A stretch of 64,000 bases of DNA from an uncultured Mycoplasmatota bacterium (GTDB lineage: Bacteria > Bacillota_I > Bacilli_A > RF39 > UBA660). Below are positions 55,907 through 63,781 of the stretch, one piece after another. The first letter of the stretch is position 1; each line of letters begins with the position of its first letter. The stretch covers positions 22,496 through 86,495 of the forward strand of contig CAMMMH010000002.1 of NCBI GenBank assembly GCA_946497955.1. Reading direction: 5' to 3'. The notes under the pieces were generated by a model. It worked only from the letters and a program-made list of their open reading frames with translations, was not told the DNA's origin and searched no databases. The position numbers and the translations under genes are program-made.

Positions 55907-57175
55907 TTAATAACCAAATTCAATTTCTTTATTCTTTTTATTGTCAATTTTAGGTTTAGTTATTCTAACAGAATTAGTTTTTTCTTTAGCCTTTAAACGT
56001 AAATTATTAACATTTTCTTTATTAATAGCCATATTTACTAAATTAGAATAATTTCCACCAACAAATTTTAAATAAGCTCGAAGAATTTCATCATCTCTTC
56101 TACTTTCAGGAGTTTCATCGTTTAATGCTTTTTGATAAGCAGATAGACCATTTTCATCAACTCTATATATCCAATTAAAAAAATCTTCAGGAGTGGCAGA
56201 TATTTTTCTTCCGTCTCTATTAATTATAATATTTTCTGGTATTTTATATCCAGCTATTGTTCTAGACTTAATAACATCATGTACTCCGTCCCAGTATTTT
56301 TCTAATTTTTTTATATTTTCTTCTTCTTTTTCTCTAGCTTCTTCTGCGAGTTGTTCTCTATATTGTTTATCAGATTCCTGCAAACCAGCCAATTCTTCTT
56401 TAGCAGTTGTAAATAAAGTACCAGAAGATTTAAGATATTGAATATAATTTTCAACATTTCCTTTTCTTCCTTGCTCTTCCCAAGCACTTCTAATAATAGC
56501 TTCTTGTTGAGCTTCATTAGTTTCATCAATAACAATATTGCTTCTATCGGGTATTTCGCCAAATCCTTTTAAAGAATTTCCATTAGCAATATAATAATCT
56601 AAAACATCAGACAATATAGGATAACGTTCATAAAGAGTATTTATAGCTGTTTCATAATGTTCTTGTTTAGAATTTTCAATAACAGCATTTATATAATTAG
56701 TTATACCTTCTACATTATTTTCAAAAGTTATAGGTTGGTCATTTTCATCAACAATAGATACTCCTAATTGTTTTTGAATATTATCAATATTTATATCATT
56801 ATTATCGTCAATTTCATCAAATTCACTAAGATAATTATCTACATCTTTAGCCTCTTTAAAAATATTCCCGCTCTCATCGAGCATATTACCATTATCATCA
56901 ATAGTATATTTTTTATCTGCAATTTCAATAATACTACCAGGAACTAATTCTCTTTTTTCAGTATCTTGTACTTTATCTTTATCATTATTTCCTGCATCAT
57001 TGTTATTATTTTCAGAAGAGTTATTACTAATTTCATTGTTACTTATATTATCAACATTATTATTTTCTATATTACCAGTATCTAAATTAGTTTTATTTTC
57101 TTCATTACTTACTTCATTGTCAAGATTAACATCATTGTTACTTACATCTTGACCTTCACCAAAATCAAAATTCAT
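55907..57175 (-). CDS. scaffolding-like protein (422 aa)
   Basis: It lies between the portal and capsid genes. It has a long N/D/E-rich low-complexity N-terminus followed by an E/K/Q-rich helical part. Confidence 0.4.
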   Translation of the reverse strand: MNFDFGEGQDVSNNDVNLDNEVSNEENKTNLDTGNIENNNVDNISNNEISNNSSENNNNDAGNNDKDKVQDTEKRELVPGSIIEIADKKYTIDDNGNMLDESGNIFKEAKDVDNYLSEFDEIDDNNDINIDNIQKQLGVSIVDENDQPITFENNVEGITNYINAVIENSKQEHYETAINTLYERYPILSDVLDYYIANGNSLKGFGEIPDRSNIVIDETNEAQQEAIIRSAWEEQGRKGNVENYIQYLKSSGTLFTTAKEELAGLQESDKQYREQLAEEAREKEEENIKKLEKYWDGVHDVIKSRTIAGYKIPENIIINRDGRKISATPEDFFNWIYRVDENGLSAYQKALNDETPESRRDDEILRAYLKFVGGNYSNLVNMAINKENVNNLRLKAKEKTNSVRITKPKIDNKKNKEIEFGY

Positions 57176-57321
57176 ATCTTTGTTATTTTAAGGTTTAATA
57201 CTATTACGAATATAAAATTATTTTATAAATATATCAATAGCAATATCTACATTAGTAGAAATATTATATTATATATCCGCATATTTATTTATACTGCTAT
57301 ACAATAAATTATAAAATATAA

Positions 57322-57335
57322 AGCTAAAAATAGCT
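57322..57335. promoter_or_regulatory. AGCTAWWWWTAGCT palindrome (AGCTAAAAATAGCT)
   Basis: Exact copy in the 295-nt portal/scaffold spacer, within the shared ~25-nt block. Confidence 0.6.
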
Positions 57336-57391
57336 ATATTTAAAAATGGCATATATAAATTATTTCCCATATAGAAGATAATAAATCAATA

Positions 57392-57405
57392 AGCTAAAAA
57401 TAGCT
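57392..57405. promoter_or_regulatory. AGCTAWWWWTAGCT palindrome (AGCTAAAAATAGCT)
   Basis: Exact copy, 70 nt from the site at 57322. Confidence 0.6.
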
Positions 57406-57470
57406 AATATAATTTACTTTATCGACTATACAGGAAATAACTAAATCAGATACCAATTTCAAATAATATA

Positions 57471-59885
57471 TTATTTTTTACTTTTTACATCATATTTATT
57501 TTTATTTTCTTGAGCAATTTTAAGTTTAGTTTCTATATCTTTCATTTTAATTTGTCTATCTCTTTCTTTATTAACAGTATCTAAAATATTTCTTTCTCTT
57601 TCAGCATTTAATTTTTCTTGTTCAATTCTAACTTTAGCGTTATTTAATCTATCATTAATATCATTTTTCATACTATTAGTAATATCAGCATTATAGCTAA
57701 TCATGTTTGCATCAGCCCTAATTAATTCTATCTGTTGATCAATATATCCTTCAAGTTCTTTAGTTTTACGATCTTCTTCACCTTTAGCAGATATTTTTCT
57801 TAATTCAAACTCTTGTTTCATTTGTTCTAATTCTTGATCCATCTGCTTCATTTGTATTTCATAATTTTCTTTTTGTTCTTGATACTTTTTGATTAATTTA
57901 GTAATAGCAGCGACATTATCTCCAGTAATAGCAGCAATAGCCATTAAACTATCCCCATTTTGAGAAGCATTAAATGCAAATTGTTTAAGTTGGTCTAATT
58001 TTTCTTTTTCTTTAACAGAATTTTTTGCTTTAATAACATAATCCGCATATAAATGTTTTTCAACATCTAAACTAACATATTTAATATTATCGTTATTATC
58101 TTTATAAGAAGTATCTAATCCATCAATCCAGGCTAATTTAGAATAATCCATATCTCTAGCATAATCTCTTTCTCTTAAGCAATCCATTATAAATTCTATT
58201 ATAACACTTCCCATAGAACCTCTAGTAATCGCTTCTTCAGTAATACCTTTACCTGCACTATTAGCAATTTCTCCATATCTTTGCGGAGTCATATCGACTT
58301 GCATATTTGCAGTCTGTTGTATTTCATTTAGCAAATTTCCAAGTTGAGTCAAATAATCTCCAAATGAAGCATTTAACATTCTAACTTGTTGTGCTCTTAA
58401 CATACCTTGGTCATTAGTATCATCTATATATAGTATACCATCAGCTATCATTTTATATATAGTATCTTCTGAATTTTCTCCTAATAAAGATTTAGCAATT
58501 AAAAGAATATTTAATTTATTTTTAGCAATTACCATTTCTCTATGATAAGAAACAATATTATAAAATACTTGAAAAGGAGTTACAATTTCTACTATACTAA
58601 ATTTACCAAAACCAGGAAGTAATTCATTTATACCATTATAAGGTAATTTACCATTTCTATTATAATGAATAGCTCTAGCTCCATAAGGATATATAGCATC
58701 ATTTCTTCCACCAATACGAATACTTTCATAAACTTGTGGTTCATAAACATATTCTATTGATAAATCCCCTGTAGAGGGATTGAATTGATAATCATCGTTT
58801 TCTACTCTAGTATCTATAAGTCCAATTTCATTAACATAAGTTACTATAGCTTTTCTAGCTTCACCTCTCCAAACTACATGCCAAACATCATATAAATCTA
58901 CATTAGTATCTCTCATAATATTTGGTGTCTTTCTAAATAGTTCTCTATCTTCCATAGAATATTTTTTACATATATCAGGAAAATATCTCTCATAAGTAGT
59001 AAACATTAAATCTTTAGTATTATCTATAGATTGCTTTGCATAATAAGTATTTAAAAATTCTCTTTGGTTATCATCTAAATAATCGTCAAATTCATCTACT
59101 ATTTGTTGATATGTAAGTTTTCTTCTACACACAAACATATCATCATCTTCTCTAAATATATTATCAGTATTAATAGGATATGCATCAATAGGAGCTATAT
59201 TTCTTTTTATTAGTTTAGTTCCAACAACGTCACTATATGTATAACATTCTCCAAAAGTTACAAAATCAAAATAAGCTCTAGCATAAAATAAAGTATCTTC
59301 TGTAATATCTCTAATAACATTAAAAATTTCTTGTCCTTGAGCACTTATATCATCAATATAATTTTCATTAAATTCTTTAATAAAATTTTCTATATCTAAT
59401 GATTGATTAACATTAAATTCTTTAGGATCATTACCTTGATTTATCCATTGTTGATAACTTTCTTGTATTTTAGCAGCTATTTTTTGTTGTACTAATATAG
59501 ATAATTCTTGTTTTAATTTAGCATTTTTACTAAGAATAACTTCCGGATTGTTAGCACTAACAATAAAATCGTGAGGATTTTTTATATATTCACTAACATA
59601 TCTTCTAATAATTCCTTTCATTAAATCATAATTACGCATTGTTGCAGGAAATCTTTTATATTTTTCCTGTGTAGCGTTATAAGGATTTAATATTTTTTTA
59701 TAAAATTCATCTGGAATTTTACCATTTAAAATATTATATTTAATTTCTATATTAGTATCATTTCCTCTATTATTAACAGCTTGCTGTATAATCCAATCAC
59801 AACAAGATGCTGCCCAAGCATCATCTTTTTGACTAGTCGGAATACGTTGTAAAGGAAAATCATAACTTTGCAAATTACTTCTCAT
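57471..59885 (-). CDS. portal protein
   Basis: 804-aa ORF directly downstream of the large terminase, with a C-terminal coiled-coil, charged tail. The call rests on position and size. Confidence 0.7.
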   Translation of the reverse strand: MRSNLQSYDFPLQRIPTSQKDDAWAASCCDWIIQQAVNNRGNDTNIEIKYNILNGKIPDEFYKKILNPYNATQEKYKRFPATMRNYDLMKGIIRRYVSEYIKNPHDFIVSANNPEVILSKNAKLKQELSILVQQKIAAKIQESYQQWINQGNDPKEFNVNQSLDIENFIKEFNENYIDDISAQGQEIFNVIRDITEDTLFYARAYFDFVTFGECYTYSDVVGTKLIKRNIAPIDAYPINTDNIFREDDDMFVCRRKLTYQQIVDEFDDYLDDNQREFLNTYYAKQSIDNTKDLMFTTYERYFPDICKKYSMEDRELFRKTPNIMRDTNVDLYDVWHVVWRGEARKAIVTYVNEIGLIDTRVENDDYQFNPSTGDLSIEYVYEPQVYESIRIGGRNDAIYPYGARAIHYNRNGKLPYNGINELLPGFGKFSIVEIVTPFQVFYNIVSYHREMVIAKNKLNILLIAKSLLGENSEDTIYKMIADGILYIDDTNDQGMLRAQQVRMLNASFGDYLTQLGNLLNEIQQTANMQVDMTPQRYGEIANSAGKGITEEAITRGSMGSVIIEFIMDCLRERDYARDMDYSKLAWIDGLDTSYKDNNDNIKYVSLDVEKHLYADYVIKAKNSVKEKEKLDQLKQFAFNASQNGDSLMAIAAITGDNVAAITKLIKKYQEQKENYEIQMKQMDQELEQMKQEFELRKISAKGEEDRKTKELEGYIDQQIELIRADANMISYNADITNSMKNDINDRLNNAKVRIEQEKLNAERERNILDTVNKERDRQIKMKDIETKLKIAQENKNKYDVKSKK
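58765..58779 (+). repeat. GC-rich motif copy TCCCCTGTAGAGGGA (preceded by GATAAA)
   Basis: Inside the portal ORF in antisense, encoding NPSTGDL. Confidence 0.8.
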
Positions 59886-59916
59886 ACTATTATATTTATA
59901 TTTTAATTAATATTTA

Positions 59917-62172
59917 TTAAAACCATTCTCTACTTAATATATCATTTTTATCAATATTTTCTGCTGTTAGAGGTTTTCTATTTTTTAGCTCTTCTTCTGC
60001 ATGAAGATTCATTGCTTTCCATTCAATACCTCTTAATAACATAGATGAAACTCTATCATAATTACCTTTTATTCCCCATTTTTTTAATTCAAGTATAGTT
60101 TGATAATCGTATATTCTATGAAAATTTCTTATAGGATTACCTTCACTATCTTTTCCTATTTCTTCATAAAGAAATTCTTTAGTTAATCGAACACAATCTA
60201 GTTTATGTTGCTCACCAGATATATTATATCCATAAGTAGTATTTATTTTTCCTTTAAAAGTAGGATCAAAAACTTCTAAAGGTTCACAAGATAAATATTT
60301 TAAAGCATTCCATTTTCTAAAATTAGAAACAGTTTCACCACGATTTATTTCGACATTTGTTGTTCCAACACAATTATAATATCTAGCTAATAAATAACAT
60401 ATTCTATCAGCTTCTTCAAGAGTATCAGGTCTTCCATAATAAGTACAAACAAGTTTTTGTTTATATCCATTAAGATAATGAGGATTCATCCAAACTTCAA
60501 TACTATTATGAGAATGTTTTAAAGTAATTTCGTTTTTATTTTTATCAACACCAACAGGGTCATAAGTAATACTATATAATCCTTCTGGTATTTGTTTAAT
60601 AATTTTACCATCTGATCTAGTAACATCTACATATTCTGGGGGAAACCATCTTCTAATACAACCATGAGGATCTTCATGTCCTTTTCTAGGAACTCCTACT
60701 ATATAATCATATGTTTTCTTATTTTCAGAATGTAAACGAGCATTAGATTTAAATACAACTGTGCCATTATCTTCCATTTCAAGCATACCATCTACATAAA
60801 AATGTAAATCAGTATCAACTCTTAATCGCTCTTCCCATGCACTTAATTCCTCAGAACTAAATATATTTTCAGATGCACTACTAAAAGATTCCGCAGGAAA
60901 ATTAGCATATTGTCCTAAATAATTAATATAATCAGAATATTTTTTAACAGTTTCTTTTTTTCTTAATCTTTCTCTTCTAGAAATTTCTAATCCTATTAAA
61001 ATATTACTGTTACCATTTTCATCTACTCCTTTTATACCATTTATATCTCCTTGTAATCCCCAGCAATAAGGTTTAAAAAATCCACAAGTTTCATTTCTGC
61101 AATCTCTATCCCATACATTTTCAAAAGGCATAAAATTAAAACCTTTTACATCATAAAAATTTTGTTCAAAAGTTTGCATATTTCCAGAAGTAGCAGTTCC
61201 CCAAGCACATAACATACCAGTTGTATAAGCCCCAGTTCTCATGGCAGGTTCAGTAACATTCATAAAATCATCAAAATTATCCATAGTAGAAACCTCTTCT
61301 ACTTTAACTTTAACAGCATCTTTACCAATAGCGCAATCTGGATTATTTGCAGCACTAACACTAATAAGAGCGGAACGCCAAGATTTATCTGCTTCTACTC
61401 CAGTTGGTAATTTATATCCTAATCTAAAATCAGATTTAACTGAACTAAATATACCTCTAACAAAAGGAGTATTTTCTTCATAAAATTTTAAATCATTTAC
61501 AGCAAAATCAGTTAAACCTCCAGTTTGAGTAAGATACTTTTTATCCACAGCTACATGAATAACAACTTTTCTACTTTCACAATTAACAGAATTTGCACTA
61601 TCAGCAGCCATCATATATGAAAACCCACCACGACGAGTTTTATCAATAATTAAATGAAAACCATTTTTTTCTGCAAATTCCATTACATGAAATATCCAAA
61701 ATTGACTATCAAAGAATTTAGGAAAATCATAAGTTTTCTTACCTGTAGCTATAATTCCATTTTTAATAGTAGCTTCATTTAATTGTTCAATTCTACAATA
61801 ATTTAAAAAATTATAATGACTACCAGTAATTCTTACATTATGAATAGTACCATTAGGATCCATTAAACATGGAGCTGAAAAACCATGTTTTCTTCTATAT
61901 TGTTCTCTTTTTCTAAATTGTCTATGTGGAATAGAATCAACTTTATAATTAGTATATTTTCCTTTATTCTTTTTATAAAATGTAGCAGCCTCATAAAACA
62001 ATTCAGTATTAACAAATTTCCAACCAGGTTCTATATTCATTAAAAATCCGCCACTATCTCCTATTAAAAATAAATCATCATCATCAATATAACCAGCATC
62101 TTTTGCATGTTTATATCGAGATGATTTATTAGGTTCGTTAATATAATCTAAAAAAGGATAACCTGTATTCAT
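59917..62172 (-). CDS. terL: terminase large subunit
   Basis: KTRRGGFSYMMAADSA is Walker-A-like (K.Rq.G.S), and AIGKDAVKVKVEEVS is Walker-B-like. The 751-aa ORF lies immediately upstream of the portal. Confidence 0.75.
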   Translation of the reverse strand: MNTGYPFLDYINEPNKSSRYKHAKDAGYIDDDDLFLIGDSGGFLMNIEPGWKFVNTELFYEAATFYKKNKGKYTNYKVDSIPHRQFRKREQYRRKHGFSAPCLMDPNGTIHNVRITGSHYNFLNYCRIEQLNEATIKNGIIATGKKTYDFPKFFDSQFWIFHVMEFAEKNGFHLIIDKTRRGGFSYMMAADSANSVNCESRKVVIHVAVDKKYLTQTGGLTDFAVNDLKFYEENTPFVRGIFSSVKSDFRLGYKLPTGVEADKSWRSALISVSAANNPDCAIGKDAVKVKVEEVSTMDNFDDFMNVTEPAMRTGAYTTGMLCAWGTATSGNMQTFEQNFYDVKGFNFMPFENVWDRDCRNETCGFFKPYCWGLQGDINGIKGVDENGNSNILIGLEISRRERLRKKETVKKYSDYINYLGQYANFPAESFSSASENIFSSEELSAWEERLRVDTDLHFYVDGMLEMEDNGTVVFKSNARLHSENKKTYDYIVGVPRKGHEDPHGCIRRWFPPEYVDVTRSDGKIIKQIPEGLYSITYDPVGVDKNKNEITLKHSHNSIEVWMNPHYLNGYKQKLVCTYYGRPDTLEEADRICYLLARYYNCVGTTNVEINRGETVSNFRKWNALKYLSCEPLEVFDPTFKGKINTTYGYNISGEQHKLDCVRLTKEFLYEEIGKDSEGNPIRNFHRIYDYQTILELKKWGIKGNYDRVSSMLLRGIEWKAMNLHAEEELKNRKPLTAENIDKNDILSREWF

Positions 62173-62177
62173 ATAAA

Positions 62178-62597
62178 TTAATTTATAAATAAACTAATAA
62201 TTATAGCTAAAATAGAAGCTCCAGCAATTCCTCCAAAAATTTTAGTTTTTGTTTTTTCTTTATCTAATTCATTTTTAATATTATTATTCAAATCATTTGC
62301 TTTACTTATTTTATTTTGAAAATCATTAATGATAAGTTGTTGTTCATTAATATATTTATCTTTTAACTGTATAATAGAATCTTGTTGTTTATTAATTTCT
62401 AATAAATATAATCTTTCTATCATTTTAACATTAGCTTGTTTAATAAGATAAATAGGAATTACCGCAACTGCTGTATCTGTTTGTATTAAATCCCCTGTAG
62501 AGGGAATAGCATTATCATTCGCTAATACTAAGGATTGTAAATTGTTTAATAGCATCGCTATCACTAGCATTAATAGCTTTATTTTTTTCATATTCAA
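62178..62597 (-). CDS. secreted/tail-anchored coiled-coil protein (139 aa), spanin-like lysis accessory candidate
   Basis: N-terminal signal-like KIKLLMLVIAMLLNNLQSLVLA, a central coiled coil, and a C-terminal TM IFGGIAGASILAIIISLFI. It overlaps the previous membrane-protein gene. Confidence 0.5.
   Translation of the reverse strand: MNMKKIKLLMLVIAMLLNNLQSLVLANDNAIPSTGDLIQTDTAVAVIPIYLIKQANVKMIERLYLLEINKQQDSIIQLKDKYINEQQLIINDFQNKISKANDLNNNIKNELDKEKTKTKIFGGIAGASILAIIISLFIN
62491..62505 (+). repeat. GC-rich motif copy TCCCCTGTAGAGGGA (preceded by ATTAAA)
   Basis: Inside the 139-aa ORF in antisense, encoding IPSTGDL. Confidence 0.8.
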
Positions 62598-62793
62598 ATT
62601 TCTTTTTAATTTTAATAATAGTAGAATCTTTTTTAATAATATTATATTGAATAGAATCTAATATTATTTTATTATACGATGTATCAATAGGTTGTATATC
62701 AATATTATTATTTATATATTTTTTATTTCCAATATAATATCCTGTAAAAAAACATATAACACAAAATATAAAGATTAAAATTATTTTATACAT
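62515..62793 (-). CDS. N-terminally anchored membrane protein (92 aa), holin/spanin candidate
   Basis: I prefer the ATG at 62793 (MYKIILIFIFCVICFFTGYYIG...), which overlaps the muramidase stop (ATGTATAA). Confidence 0.5.
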   Translation of the reverse strand: MYKIILIFIFCVICFFTGYYIGNKKYINNNIDIQPIDTSYNKIILDSIQYNIIKKDSTIIKIKKKFEYEKNKAINASDSDAIKQFTILSISE

Positions 62794-63214
62794 GTTTACC
62801 ATATTGCATAAGATTATATTTAAGTTCATCACTCCATTTTCCAGTAACAGTCATCATAAGTACTTGTTGAGCAATATTAATTGCTGTAGTTCTTCCAGCA
62901 TTAACGCAAGTATCAAATAATTGATGAGCAATATCTTGACTAGGAATATCATCTAATTCAAGACAATCCCAATATTTTTCTTTATATAATTGTTTTGCAC
63001 TTTCAGTTAAATTAGAATCTTTTTTAAGAATAGAAGTAATACCTTTAGTTCCATATTTCTTTTTAATTTCATCAATAATTTTCCAACCTTTCCAAGTAAA
63101 ATTATTCTTACGACTAATACCTAAATAAGTTTCTCCTCCTGCATCATCTGGATCATTAACATATCCACCTTCAGCGAGTATAAGTTTATCAAATTCTATA
63201 TCAAAGTTTGCCAT
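62786..63214 (-). CDS. glycoside hydrolase family 108-like muramidase (endolysin candidate)
   Basis: LILAEGGYVNDPDDAGGETYLGISR matches the EGGY.NDP.D.GG.T..GI signature of GH108 N-terminal domains. Confidence 0.7.
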   Translation of the reverse strand: MANFDIEFDKLILAEGGYVNDPDDAGGETYLGISRKNNFTWKGWKIIDEIKKKYGTKGITSILKKDSNLTESAKQLYKEKYWDCLELDDIPSQDIAHQLFDTCVNAGRTTAINIAQQVLMMTVTGKWSDELKYNLMQYGKHV

Positions 63215-63226
63215 AATATTTTATAT

Positions 63227-63475
63227 TTAAAAATTAATTATTTCATCTAATAATTCATTTGATTCTCTAATTAAAAATTCTTTATCGTCATCATTAGCAT
63301 TAATTATCGACCAGCATTTAATAGTTTTCCAAAAAGGAATAAACAGAAAATTACATTTAATTTGAATACTTATATTATATTCAAAAGAATAAATTTCGCC
63401 AATTCCATCTTTAACATTAAATATATATTCTTCTTCTATAATTCTAAAACTATTTATTTTTCTTAATATTTTCAT
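63227..63475 (-). CDS. hypothetical protein (82 aa)
   Basis: ORF in the compact - strand block. Confidence 0.5.
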   Translation of the reverse strand: MKILRKINSFRIIEEEYIFNVKDGIGEIYSFEYNISIQIKCNFLFIPFWKTIKCWSIINANDDDKEFLIRESNELLDEIINF

Positions 63476-63498
63476 AATTTAACTGTTTAAAAAAATTA

Positions 63499-63756
63499 TT
63501 ATTTATATAATAGTTTATTAAGTGTATTATTAAATTCAATTAATAATTCTTCTTTTGAAAGATTTTCTCCATACATACTACAAAAGTATTTATTATTTTT
63601 ATATATAATATAATGAGTTGAAAAATAATCATTATTTTTAATTTTTTCTGATATAAAATTATCTAAAGATTTATCTACTTTAATAGTAATATATCCAACT
63701 TCATAAATATCACCATTTATTTCTTTTTTAATATCTTTATACACATATTTACTCAT
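63499..63756 (-). CDS. hypothetical protein (85 aa)
   Basis: ORF in the compact - strand block. Confidence 0.5.
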   Translation of the reverse strand: MSKYVYKDIKKEINGDIYEVGYITIKVDKSLDNFISEKIKNNDYFSTHYIIYKNNKYFCSMYGENLSKEELLIEFNNTLNKLLYK

Positions 63757-63781
63757 AATTTATATTATAATAAAAAAATCA

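Noticed and set aside
31243-56562. Other nested ORFs in the track (31243-31428, 33709-33969, 40120-40446, 43794-44000, 52273-52518, 53523-53711, 56193-56441, 56311-56562, 61241-61483)
   Set aside because: All are fully contained in longer, coherent genes, on the opposite strand or in an alternative frame. None has independent support.
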